Assembly (NCBI GenBank): GCA_030141605.1
Contig: JAQGDQ010000713.1
Span: forward strand, 40,486-104,485
Source of the DNA: Tubiluchus corallicola
Taxonomy: Eukaryota; Animalia; Priapulida
Direction: 5' to 3'
Length of the DNA: 64,000 nucleotides
Shown here one piece after another: positions 1 to 12,675 of the stretch. A program made the translations under genes and the position numbers. Every line of letters begins with the position of its first letter. Within the stretch, counting starts at the first letter, position 1. Under the pieces are notes generated by a model, which was given only the letters and a program-made list of their open reading frames with translations, ran no database searches and was not told the origin of the DNA.

Positions 1-1083
1 ACACACTGATGATTTATGTATTAACGCAACGTCCATGGCTAGATTCGCAAAAAAGGAATGATAACACACACATGTATTTATTTTATACATGTATATTTTC
101 AGATTTTGAAGTGGTTAGTAGAATTTTCCTGCAAAAAAAAACAACAGGTCTGACATTACATTGACTAACCTTATCAATTGTACTTTGTATACAAGAAATA
201 CGGCAAGGACAACTTCATCTAGACATGATTACACTGTATAAAACTCGAAACTATCTGCTGTTAACTGGACGTGACAAAAAAACTGCGCGGTTTCACTGTG
301 AAATGAACTTGCTTGCTGCATGGGATTTCAAGGAAGGAGCAGAAACTTTATAAATATTTTCTGATTTTCTGACAACATTCCATGTGTCATTTTACCTTGC
401 GTCGTCTCTGTGAAACCGGCTTCGAGGATGGCTGAGTGTATTAAGACGTATTTATTGTAACGTCACCTGAATACTTGCAGTGCTAAGTCGTGACCTCGCT
501 CACTTTTGGGCAGTGGCAGTATAGGTACTGTGGAACTGCAGCACTTGACATTGTCGCTACTATTCGATGTAATAAGTCGTTTTTCTTTAGTTCTTTCGTT
601 ACACTTGTACGGTCGAGATTACGTGAGGGTAGTACTGTTTGCTTCGCAGCCCAGCACAGTGCGCTCACGGCTGAAGCAATGCGGTGTTTGGCTGTTGTGC
701 GCAAGCGGCGATGCACACGTCTGAGATAAGACGCTGTACATTAGGTAGAAACAGTGCTGTCTCTCACGCAGGTGCGTGTTGTCAGTTGTCGCATAGCCGT
801 GTACCGGCATATTCGTGAACTGCGAAAATTTAGACTATTCGTAAAAAAAACAATATTTTTTGTTTGCAATTTTATCACGTTTATGTATAAATTTTCGTAT
901 GTTTTTTTGTTTAGAATCACAATTGCAAATGGCAACATTAAAATTACACAGTAATTTTACACAGTGTTTTTTACACAGTATTAAGACAATGGCTAAAAAT
1001 TTTCCAAAGTAGCGCCCTTATCTACTGTTTTTGAGCAACACTGTATGTCATTTTCAGTAGTGTGAGTATTTCTCTCTCTTCAG

Positions 1084-2709
1084 AAGCGGCAATTCGCAAG
1101 AAAGCGCGGAGCATGCATCTGACTCTACCGGAACAGGAACGGTGCGTCAGAGAATACAAGCCAAATTACTTGCTCAAAGTCTGCGGATGCAATCAGTACA
1201 TGTTGGGTGATTTCCCTGCTTGCCAATATCAGGTAAGAATTAATGCACTTTCTGTGTTTTAATATGTTGTTTTATGCTGCAGACGATTGTTTCGACATCA
1301 ACTGTCATTTTCAATGCTCTAAATGAAGCCAAAACAAACAATTAGCACAATTATGACAGTACTAATCAAGGCATAAAATAAATTATATCATTAAACATGT
1401 TGTTTTATTGCTGCAGACGATTGTTTCGACATCAACTGTCATTTTCAATGCTCTAAATCAAGCCAAAACAAATAATTAGCAGAATTATGACACTACCTAC
1501 CAAGGATTAAAATAAATTATATCATCAAACAATCAGAGAATGAAATTCAAAGTGTCAGATGGAACTACAACTTAGAAAGAGGTTCTCGTGTAAAGAAAAC
1601 AAAAATTGTACCTTCTGTATCAGATTCAGGCAAAGATCACAACAACCAGCAAACTATTAGTTTAGCACCAAGCAAAGTCTGCATTCTGTTGGGTGGAAAA
1701 CAAACCACTGTAAAAAGAGTTAGAAGAATAATACACATTTTACACAACCGCAAGAGGGTGCATAATATGCACTAATAAACAACATGTTAATTCTTGGCAC
1801 CTGGCTCTTTAATGTGTTTCTATGTTTTTGGTTTATCTGGTTTCCTGAAATTACATCAGTTTAGGGCCTAGTATCGTATCGGTCGAGGTCGGCAAATAAA
1901 AATACTTCCGTTTCCGGCTAATCGTTTTGCCGGTATTTTGTGAGATGTTTTATTTTTACAAGTAATTAGAATCTAGTAGTCTGAAATTGGGTAAGCGTAT
2001 ATGACGTCGTGCGATGCTGAGGTGATGTACATGGCAAGTGATTGTCGGTAAATTTCTGCACTTGCTTTAATATATTGTTCCGGGGTCGGACCCGGTAGAT
2101 AGCCTCACGGCCCGCCATCGGTGATGCGGGTAAGCGCTGCATAACGGACACTCCAGATATTTAAACAAAAGAAACAACAAAACCAAGACTTAGAATTCAA
2201 AAGGGACGGCTGAGATGAACAACACAATAGAAAAAAAAACAAAACCTGGTGACAATGCTTCAAACCTTACGGAATCCATGACGCTCGGCGGGCAGACAGG
2301 AGAAGTGCATTCCACGGCAACCAGAATTCTGCAATGGAATTTAATTGATTAATTATTAATTATTAGTAACAACAGAAGCTTGCAGTTTCTTTTTTCAGCA
2401 TACGTCTTCTTTCATTTCCATCAAAATGCCTAAGAAGTATCATCCTGCTCACCTTGGATTCAAATGCCGGGCTCAAATGATATTGTGAAGCATTGTTGCA
2501 CAATAGAAGATCCTTACTTTACATCTTTAATTTAAATATTGATTTTGACCCTCGCAGGTCAGTAAGATTCTACAGTCAACGTCCGATATAAGGGACACTC
2601 GCTTATTAGGGACCACCGTCACCGGTCCCAATTTTTCTATGTAAAAATTTTCTATGTAAAATAGATTATTATTATTATTATTATTATATTGCTATTATTA
2701 TTATTGTTA

Positions 2710-2783
<74 letters not shown>

Positions 2784-2785
2784 GC

Positions 2786-2845
<60 letters not shown>

Positions 2846-2884
2846 CATCATCATCATTATTATTGCTATTATTAATATTGTTGT

Positions 2885-2916
<32 letters not shown>

Positions 2917-5900
2917 CTGTTGTTGTTGTTATAGAAACACTTAGTTCTAATATTATTGTAATGTAAATTACGGCGCTTTTTTTTTTGTACCACCCGATAT
3001 ATTATTTTGCATTTTCAGCACGTGCGCAACTGCATCGCCAAGAGCAAAATTCCCCAGCTGATGCTGATGAACAAGCGAGCTGTGATCGAACAAATTCCCA
3101 AGAACATCTTCACCCTGCCGTCGTTCGTGCGGCGGGGGCTGCCGACTCCCCGGAGCGACAAAACCATTTCCTTGTGGGAAATCGACTACCCGCTGCGGAT
3201 TAGGATACTGTGGGCCACCTACGTGAATGTGAAGGAACTAGATAGGGTATGCGTACTTGCTTATGATATCGTGCCTTATTTTTTATGTACCCATTTTTGT
3301 TATTATTTAAGTCGTATATGTGCTTAAATTAGTAATGCAGCAACTCAAAGTATGACTGACTCGCGAGGCGTGTAATCATAACACCAGTTTGTGAGACCAG
3401 TTTTGTAATCATCTCTCTTCTTCATCTTCTTCCCAGCTTTTCCCTATGAGTCTTCTCCACGCATTCCTGTTGTTGACCATCTCTTCATTTATGTCTTCCC
3501 TTCCATGTAATCATCTCTCTAGCACGTGAAAATTAGGAAAGCACGGTCTCTCGGGGACTCATCTTTCATTTCTTGTCAGATATATGTGTGTGCCGGCATT
3601 TACCATGGTAGAGAGACGCTGTACTCACAGTATGTAATGTTTCAGATATACGTACGCGCCGGCATTTCCCACGGTAGACTGACGCTGTACTCACAGTATT
3701 TAATGTTTCAGATATACGTACGTGCCGGCATTTACCATGGTAGAGAGACGCTCTACTCACAGTATTTAATGTTTCAGATATACGTACGTGCCGGCATTTA
3801 CCACGATAGACTGACGCTGTACTCACAGTATGTAATGTTTCAGATATACGTACGTGCCGGCATTTACCACGGTAGAGAGACGCTGTACTCGCAGTATGTA
3901 ATGTTTCAGATATACGTACGTGCCGGCATTTACCACGGTAGACTGACGCTGTACTCACAGTATGTAATGTTTCAGATATACGTACGTGCCGGCATTTACC
4001 ATGGTAGACTGACGCTGTACTCACAATATTTAATGTTTCAGATATACGTACATGCCGGCATTTACCACGGTAGACTGACGCTGTACTCACAGTATGTAAT
4101 GTTTCAGATATACGTACGCGCCGGCATTTACCACGGTAGACTGACGCTGTACTCACAGTATTTAATGTTTCAGATATACGTACGTGCCGGCATTTACCAC
4201 GGTAGAGAGACGCTCTACTCACAGTATTTAATGTTTCAGATATACGTACGTGCCGGCATTTACCACGGTAGACTGACGCTGTACTCACAGTATGTAATGT
4301 TTCAGATATACGTACGTGCCGGCATTTACCACGGTAGACTGACGCTGTACTCACAGTATTTAATGTTTCAGATATACGTACGCGCCGGCATTTACCACGG
4401 TAGAGAGACGCTGTACTCACAGTATTTAATGTTTCAGATATACGTACGCGCCGGCATTTACCACGGTAGAGAGACGCTGTACTCACAGTATGTAATGTTT
4501 CAGATATACGTACGTGCCGGCATTTACCACGGTAGACTGACGCTGTACTCACAGTATGTAATGTTTCAGATATACGTACGTGCCGGCATTTACCATGGTA
4601 GACTGACGCTGTACTCACAGTATGTAATGTTTCAGATATACGTACGTGCCGGCATTTACCATGGTAGAGAGACGCTCTGCTCACAGTATTTAATGTTTCA
4701 GATATACGTACGTGCCGGCATTTACCACGGTAGAGAGACGCTCTGCTCAAACTTGGATACACAGCAGGTTCTGTTTTCAAATCCAAAGTGGAACGAGTGG
4801 CTGCAGTTTGACCTGTTCGTTCTTGACCTCCCCCACAGCGCACGTCTCTCGCTGTCGCTGTGCTCGGTGTCGAAGTCAAAGAAGAAAGGAAAAGAGGTAA
4901 AGTTTATCACTTTACCGGATGAGCTCGTTTCTTGAATGTTCCGCGGTGTTTCCCGGGTCTTCTGGAAATTTACCGGAAAGAGAGAAATTTTTTCCGAAGT
5001 AAAGTTGTGTGGAAATGAGTTATGCCGTGTTTCGACAAACCTTAAACCAAACCCAGACCCAATCTTAAACTGTAGGTCAAAACAATCAACTTTTTAAAAT
5101 ATTGATAGGAAACATGCTATTTTTTCAAAAATGACTTGTGTGAAAGAATTATTACCACTAACCTGAGAAAGGTAGCTGACTTGATGACCAATTGGTCTTT
5201 CGCTGCCCTTTCTCCTGCACACCCCTAACTCTTTCCTTTATGCATAATTTATCCTTTTTAATTAATAACTATAACAATAATAGTCTATTTGTATACTATG
5301 GTGTAAATGAGGAGATAAATAAAATGTTTATGTCTATGTCTATGTCTCTTAGACTTTGTAAGCAAGCATATGTAAACACAGTTGTGTTCTAAAAGTAAAC
5401 ACATGCGTCGAGTCACAACGAAAAAGGAATACCTATATACCTCAGCAAAATAATATGTTAAACTGTAGGTAAAAAAACAATCTACTCTTTAACATATTGA
5501 AAGGAAACGAACTATTTTTTTCGGATATGACTTACGTGAAAGAATTATTACCACACAAACACTATTTCACGTTCGTGCTACTAGTTCTTCGCTGTTACGT
5601 GCATTTCGCCATTCGCTAGTTAGACAGGCGCTAGCACCTTTATTTTGGAAATGCATTACGCAAAAACGGGTACTGTACTTCTCAGTTCAGATGTGTTAGT
5701 TTGTGACGAACTGCTCACGTTCGACAACTCGTGCGCGAGCACAGCCATAAATTTGAAATGTGAATTTTTATCTTAAAATCTGCCTAGTTTTAGTACAGCA
5801 TCTTGAGTATCTTACAGGAGCACTGCACTTCAATTTTCGCTTTCACAAACACGTGCAACATGCTCTTAGAATATTTTTGCTGTTGAAAGTTATGTTAGTT

Positions 5901-8900
5901 TGTGACGTCGTCAATAGTTGTTCTTGCCCGCCATTGATTAAATTTTTAATCTATTATTTAATTATCAAAAACGCTTTTGCAAAAATTAATCGTGTTAAAA
6001 TGTACACTTTTTATCGTATTTCAAAATTGGATAGTTCATGAAAAATCATCCTGTCTTCCTTTAAGGTATAGCTGGCATTATCGACACAGCTAAAGTTCAC
6101 TTTTCAAAATATGTACTATGGCATATTACACTTTGCTATTTAAGAATACTACTGTGTACAATGTACGCAATGAACAAATATACAAAAGCCAAGAAGTAGA
6201 ATCACGTGTTACAACGCTTCATATCGTTTTAGCATACTTTTTCCATACTAAAGGAAAATTCAATGTCCATACAACAGTTAATTAGCATGCTGGTGAAGTG
6301 GTATATATTTTCCGCGGATACGTGGAATTCCGAGTTTCTGGAAGACCAGTAGTGCCATTTTTGTAAATCGCGTAAATTCGTTGAGAAAATTTTTACGGAC
6401 CCAGTACATTATTTCACAAGCTGACCGCTAGTTGGCAGGCCGTCACTTTGTTTACATCACGTACATCAGTGTAACCACGTGTATATCTCTATGTATAAAA
6501 ATATAGAATCAATCGTGCGGAGTTATCTGAGTCAATTGCAGACAGTTTTTATATACTTTTGCATAGGAGCGGCCAGTACTTAGGCATTTTTGAGACAATT
6601 AGGTATCATGTATCCTTGATAGTTGGGTATTTTAAATTATGCATGAAACAAGGTAACTGATATTTTAAGTCCACTTAGAGGCTCTCTATGGTCACAAAAT
6701 TGCAATTTGTTGCTTCGTCCCCTTGAACCCCCATGGGGGCCTACGCGGCCCCAAACTCCCTGCCTGTTTCAGAGTTTTTTGCAATTTGTCATTCTCATCC
6801 CTGATCTCAAGCTGTGTGCTATAGGTTTTACATGTCAAATGTAGACCTACGTTAACTCAAATGTAGATTTAGGTAATTCAAATGTGTCTTGGTAACTCAA
6901 ATGTAGACTTAGGTAGTTCAAATGTGTTAACAATGGTTTTCAACAAATCTTAAGCGTTTCTGGTAAGTCAAATGTAGACACATGTCAAGTCAAATGTAAC
7001 ATTGGTATCTCAAATGTGGATAGGTGTTAAAGTTTAAGGATGTTAAATTTAATATTCTTTAATTTCAATTTAATAATTGCTCTTAAGTTAAAATAACAAC
7101 GTTATAGGCCTACTAATAGGTGCACTATCTTTGGTTTATCTTTTTCTAATTTGCACTTAAATAACTTAATTACCGATTTATTCAAAGTAATGCATCTACA
7201 TTTGACTTACCTAAGTCACATTTGAGTTACCAAAACACATTCAAAATTCCTATGTCTACATTTGAGTTACATAAGTCACATTTGAGTTACCAAAACACAT
7301 TCGAAATTCCTATGTCCACATTTCACTTACCTAAGTCACATTTGAGTTACCAAAACACATTCGAAATTCCTATGTCTACATTTGACTTACCTAAGTCACA
7401 TTTGAGTTACCAAAACACATTCGAAATTCCTATGTCCACATTTCACTTACCTAAGTCACATTTGAGTTACCAAAACACATTCGAAATTCCTATGTCTACA
7501 TTTGACTTACCTAAGTCACATTTGAGTTACTAATACACATTCCAAGTTCCGATGTCTACATTTGACTTACCCACGCCACATTTGAACTTTCCTATGTCTA
7601 CATTTGACTTAGCTAAGTCACATTTGAACTTTCCTGTGTCTACATTTGACTTACTTGAGTCACATTTGAACTTTCCTGTGTCTACATTTGACTTACCTAA
7701 GTCACATTTGAACTTTCCTGTGTCTACATTTGACTCACCTAAGTCACATTTGAACTTTCCTATGTCTACATTTGACTTACCTAAGTCACATTTGAACTTT
7801 CCTGTGTCTACATTTGATGTGTAAAACCTATATAATACCCTGTAGCGGATAGCCCTATAGGCTGAATAGGCTGAAGCCTAAGGCACGGGATCAAAAGGGG
7901 CCCGGCAAAATAAAACGAAAAAAAATTTTTTTTGTAAAAAATAAATAAATTGACAAAAGAGCAAGGGGCCCGCCAAAATAAAATATAGAAAAAAGTTTTT
8001 TCTTCAAAACTCAGTCACTATATTTCAAATCGGGTTTACACAAATCAAGTTTACACAATTTCAGTTTACACAATTCACGTTTACACAATTTAAGTTTACA
8101 CAATTCACGTTTACACAGTTTAAGTTTAAGTTCAAAATTTCAGTTTCCGAATTTTTCTGGGGGCAAAGTCAGTTATAATTTCTGAAAAGTCCATTTTTTT
8201 CAACATATCTGACTCACAGTTTCTGATTGGGTTATTTTAGTTGACATCTAACCCAGAAACTCACCAAGCTGTAATCGTGTTTATATAGTCCTAGTCCACA
8301 ACTCAAGGATCAAGAAGATATAATTTTTATCACAATCGGTGGGCAAAAACTCACAAAATTAAACAAACTTACAAACGACGAGAGCTCCACAAAAACACGT
8401 CAGCTCAGCAGTGTAGCAACATTTAAAAGGCCCGTTCCAAGTTCAAGCCTAAGGCCCATAAAATCATAATCCGCCGCTGATAATACTCTATCCGATAGTA
8501 TTCTATATTTCAGGAACACTGTGCTCTGGCTTGGGGAAACATTATGCTATTCGACTACAAGAGTCGATTACGGAGCGACAAGTATCGCATCAACTTGTGG
8601 CCTATGCCGAAGGGTCTGGACGAACTGCTTAATCCCCTAGGTATTGTTCTGCTGCGTATTTCTTCGTACAGTTTCAACACTTTGCAAACCGCAAACGGCA
8701 GAGTTTAGCTGGGTGCGGCGGGACCGGGACTTTTCTCTCATCCGGAAAGAAAAGAGGTGCTGGAAAATTGTGCACTAGTTGGGACCTCCGCACCTCTTTT
8801 AGCAAAATATTTCGTTAGGTCAAGTACCTAGTCAAGTTTAATTTGATAGTTAGGGTGAGCATCGAATGTTGAAACGTGTTGTGAAAAAACTTTTTTAATT

Positions 8901-11900
8901 CGTATTGAATTTGAACTTAAAATTACGCATTCGAATAATTCACCACTTCATCTAAATACATTCTTTATCATTAAATGTTTGAAATTGATATTTATTTTAT
9001 TTAATTTTGCTATTTAAATTAAATTATATCAAAAATTTTCAAATTATTAAATGTGCTAAAATTGTATTTTGCTCAATTTATTCGTAATTTCATAGATTTA
9101 TTTACATTATCTGGCTGGCTGTTGTTCTATCATCGGTTTCTGTTGAAATTACTTCTGAAAGTACGTATGAAAGGCTAAAAACAACTATTTTGTATTAATC
9201 ATTTTTTATTAAGGTATATGCATACGTACGTATATAAGTTTCTACGCTTATTACCGTATTTTCCCGTGTATAAGAGACCCTTTTTTGCTCAGAATTTTCA
9301 CTTTAAAAATAGGGGGTCTCTTATACATGGGAGTAAGTCTTTTCAATAAGATGCATAAATTGTGACACTAATGATTTTAAAGAAATAAGTGCTCTACAAC
9401 TGTTTTATTTCGAATAATTATAGTTTCCTTTCAATAAATCTTCTCCATGGCTAAATTCTAATGATAAAATTAATGTACCGGGTAAGTTATTATTTTTTTA
9501 AATGTCTCTTTGGTATTGGAGAGAAATCGATTGTTCTGCAGCCAATCAACGCATCTGCATAAGCTCTCTGCATGCCCGTCGACGTCATTGATACGTCGTC
9601 AGAGGTCAACGAGATGAGTCAGCCTAAGCAAGGCGTGTCGCGTTCGACTATGAAGCGGTTGTAAGCAATACAAGCATCGTGACACAGGTCTGACTCCAGT
9701 TGATATTTTTGATGAGAGTGATGAGGAATTTAATGATTTCTATGATGAATAAAGTTATTCATTACCAAAAAACTTTTTTCCAGAATTTTTGCCTAAAAAT
9801 TGAAGGGGTCTCTTATACACAAGGGTCTCTTATACATGGGAAAATACGGTAGTCGTAGGCTATAACACGCAAAAATTCGAAAATCCAAAAAATGGAACGA
9901 ACGAACTGTTGTGCTAGTAATCGGCCTCTAGCCCACAAGACAACGTCACCTATAAGCAGTCATTAAAGAAAGGTTTGCAAATGTGATGCACTTTAATACG
10001 AGGTTTAAATAAGTAACCAGCATAATTTCTGCAAGACTACTTTCTGTTTATGATTCGAAAATCTCTAAACTGAACTCACTTGGTTTGGTTATGAAATTTT
10101 GAAGTTTGGTTTGATTTAAGTTCGAAAATCAAAAATTCGATCTAATTGAAATTCGCTTTCGGATAGAGAATGTTCGTCCTTATTGGATAGTTTGGGTGCA
10201 AATTTTACCAAATTTGTACAAGCAATTGTTAAAAGATGTTTGATCGTTTGACTTTTATTCTGATGCGTATAGGTATCTGTGGTTCGAATCCAAACAAGGA
10301 CTGGCCGTGCTTGGAGATAGAGTTTGATCGATACGTCAGTCCGGCTTCCTTCCCTTCCGACAAGCAGATTGAGAATCTGGCAGAATTCAATGCTCAAAGA
10401 GACTCTAATCCGGTGCAAGCTTTGGGTTCGACAACTGCACACAGGGTAAGTTCTTGCAAGCTTTATGTTTGACAGCTGCACACAGGGTAAGTTCTTGCAA
10501 GCTTTGGGTTCGACAACTACACACAGGGTAAGTTCTTGCAAGCTTTGGGTTCGACAACTACACACAGGGTAAGTTCTTGCAAGCTTTGGGTACGACAACT
10601 GCACACAGGGTAAGTTCTTGCAAGCTTTGGGTTTGACAACTGCACACAGGGTAAGTTCTTGCAAGCTTTGGGTTTGACAACTGCACACAGGGTAAGTTGT
10701 TGCAAGCTTTGGGTTAGACAGCTGCATGCAGGGTAAGTTCTTGCAAGCTGTAGGTTAGACAACTGCACACAAGGTAAGTTCTTGCAAAGCTTTGGGTTTG
10801 ACAACTGCACACAGGGTAAGTTGTTGTAAGCTTTGGGTTTGATAACTGCACACAAGGTAAGTTCTTGCAAGCTTTGGGTTTGACAACTGCACACAGGGTA
10901 AGTTCTTGCAAGCTTTGGGTTTGACAACTGCACACAGGGTAAGTTCTTGCAAGCTTTATGTTTGACAGCTGCACACAGGGTAAGTTCTTGCAAGCTTTGG
11001 GTTCGACAACTACACACAGGGTAAGTTCTTGCAAGCTTTGGGTTCGACAACTACACACAGGGTAAGTTCTTGCAAGCTTTGGGTACGACAACTGCACACA
11101 GGGTAAGTTCTTGCAAGCTTTGGGTTTGACAACTGCACACAGGGTAAGTTCTTGCAAGCTTTGGGTTTGACAACTGCACACAGGGTAAGTTGTTGCAAGC
11201 TTTGGGTTAGACAGCTGCATGCAGGGTAAGTTCTTGCAAGCTGTAGGTTAGACAACTGCACACAAGGTAAGTTCTTGCAAAGCTTTGGGTTTGACAACTG
11301 CACACAGGGTAAGTTGTTGTAAGCTTTGGGTTTGATAACTGCACACAAGGTAAGTTCTTGCAAGCTTTGGGTTTGACAACTGCACACAGGGTAAGTTTTT
11401 GCAAGCTTTGGGTTTGACAGCTGCACACAGGGTAAGTTCTTGCAAGCTTTGGGTTTGACAGCTGCACACAGGGTAAGTTCTTGCAAGCTTTGGGTTTGAC
11501 AACTGCACACAGGGTAAGTTCTTGCAAAGCTTTGGGTTTGACAACTGCACACGGGGTAAGTTCTTGCAAGCTTTGGGTTTGACAACTGCGCACAGGGTAG
11601 ATTCTTGCAAAGCTTTGGGTTTGACAGCTGATGTTCTCATTAACGAATGGCAAATCTGTTAAACCGCAACTGCTTTTTTTGAACTTTGGAGACTCGATAA
11701 ACGTCTTGGTTTTGTTGCAGCTTCAGTCGAAGACCGAGATTGAGGAAGAAGACTTGAAGTTTTTTGCGGAAGTCGTTCATAAAGATCCGCTTTCGGAAAT
11801 TTCCGAGCAGGAGAAGGAGCTGCTGTGGAGGTTAAGGTATGACCGGGCGCCAGGGCCGGATTTCCCTATGGGCTAGTGTAGGCTGCAGTAGGGTCCCTCA

Positions 11901-12623
11901 AGGTTTGGTAAAGTTTGCTAAAAAAAACGTTTTGTCATTACGGTTGTGTTGAACTATGTGCAAATTTGGTTTGCAATAAATTTTCAACTTTTTCGAGGAT
12001 GACCCACTGAAAGAATTATTACCATACAAACACAATTTCACCTTCGCGCCACCAGTTCTTCGCTAATATATGTATTTCGCCTTTCGCTAGTTAGGCGGGC
12101 ACTGACACCTGTGTTTCGGAAACGCATTGCACAAAAAACCGGCGCTGCACCTTTCAGTTCAGTTGTGTTAGTTTGTGAGGAACTGCGGTAAATTTGAAAT
12201 TTGAATTTTTATCTTAAAACACGCCTAGTTTTAGTACAACACACTGAATATCTTACAGTAGCACTCCACTTCAATTTTTACTTTCACAAACACGTGCAAC
12301 TCGCTCGTGGAATATTTTTGCTGTTGAAAATTATGTTAGTTTGTGATGTCATCGATAGTTAGGCTCACCCTCTGTTAATTAAGTTTTTAATTTATTATTT
12401 AACTATCAGAAACGCTTTTGCAGTATTAATTGTGTTAAAACGTGTACTTTTTATCGGTCTTGAAAATGGGGTAGTGTATGAAAAGTCGCGTGATGACGAG
12501 CTTTAATTTAGTAACTTATTCTGGATTTTCTTTTCTCTAAGGCACAAGTGTTTGGACATTCCTAATTCGTTGCCACGGCTACTACATGTTGTCAAGTGGG
12601 AGAACAGGGACGATGTAACAGAG
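1084..12623 (+). CDS. PIK3CA: Class I PI3K catalytic subunit p110alpha-like, partial (7 internal exons: 1084-1232, 3019-3246, 4702-4896, 8514-8640, 10273-10445, 11721-11836, 12542-12623)
   Basis: AG/GT-bounded, phase-compatible exons translate to [19 protein letters not shown] / ..[13 protein letters not shown] / [41 protein letters not shown] / [32 protein letters not shown] / [14 protein letters not shown] / [15 protein letters not shown] / [19 protein letters not shown]. This is collinear with the p110alpha RBD-C2-helical sequence. The 5' exons lie before the window. Confidence 0.93.
1263..1528. repeat. Direct tandem duplication, ~133 bp x2
   Basis: atgttgtttta..gctgcagacgattgtttcgacatcaactgtc..aaattatatcat occurs twice in tandem. 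Confidence 0.8.
2667..2931. repeat. Compound trinucleotide microsatellite (TTA/TCA/TTG/CTG)n
   Basis: Directly visible; explains the poly-N and poly-L ORFs. Confidence 0.97.
3577..4748 (+). repeat. 66-bp tandem array, 18 units, each containing the splice acceptor and first ~15 codons of the PI3K C2 exon
   Basis: CAG|ATATA acceptor copies at 3580+66k up to 4702; a unit translates [22 protein letters not shown] (22 aa). Confidence 0.96.
5536..6045 (+). repeat. Dispersed repeat, copy 1 (homologous to ~12008-12484)
   Basis: Shared diverged sequence tgaaagaattattacca..cagttcag..aaatttgaaat..gaaacgcttttgc..atgaaaa in two PI3K introns. Confidence 0.75.
6820..7832. mobile_element. Foldback/MITE-like non-autonomous DNA transposon with modular internal repeats
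   Basis: Terminal inverted repeats tataggttttacatgtcaaatgtagac (6820) and gtctacatttgatgtgtaaaacctata (to 7832). The left arm has tcaaatgt modules. The right arm has acatttga modules in 60-bp and 42-bp tandem units. Confidence 0.8.
7840..8479. mobile_element. hAT-like MITE
   Basis: Imperfect TIR ctgtagcggat / atccgccgctg; 8-bp flanks ataatacc / ataatact (7/8 match) fit a target-site duplication. Confidence 0.6.
9254..9849. mobile_element. Tc1/mariner (pogo/Tigger-like) MITE
   Basis: TIR ccgtattttcccgtgtataagagaccc / gggtctcttatacatgggaaaatacgg, flanked on both sides by TA. Confidence 0.88.
10415..11630 (+). repeat. 41-bp tandem array (~29 units), each containing the PI3K exon end and donor site
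   Basis: Unit tgcaagctttgggtttgacaactgcacacagg|gtaagttct; GT at 10446, 10487, 10528 and onward. Confidence 0.96.
12008..12484 (+). repeat. Dispersed repeat, copy 2 (homologous to ~5536-6045)
   Basis: See copy 1. Confidence 0.75.
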
Positions 12624-12675
12624 GTAACTAGTGCAATAGTTACAATAACGTTTTTGTATAACTAAGTATAACAGT

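Noticed and set aside
2652-2993. Poly-Asn/poly-Leu ORFs (likewise the ER-repeat ORFs at 33530-33988 and 55161-55473)
   Set aside because: Microsatellite translations.
3566-4879. 437-aa minus-strand repeat ORF
   Set aside because: Antisense shadow of the 66-bp array and the PI3K exon.
10116-11653. Multiple Cys-rich minus-strand ORFs
   Set aside because: All three frames of the 41-bp array give the same permuted peptide; not a gene.
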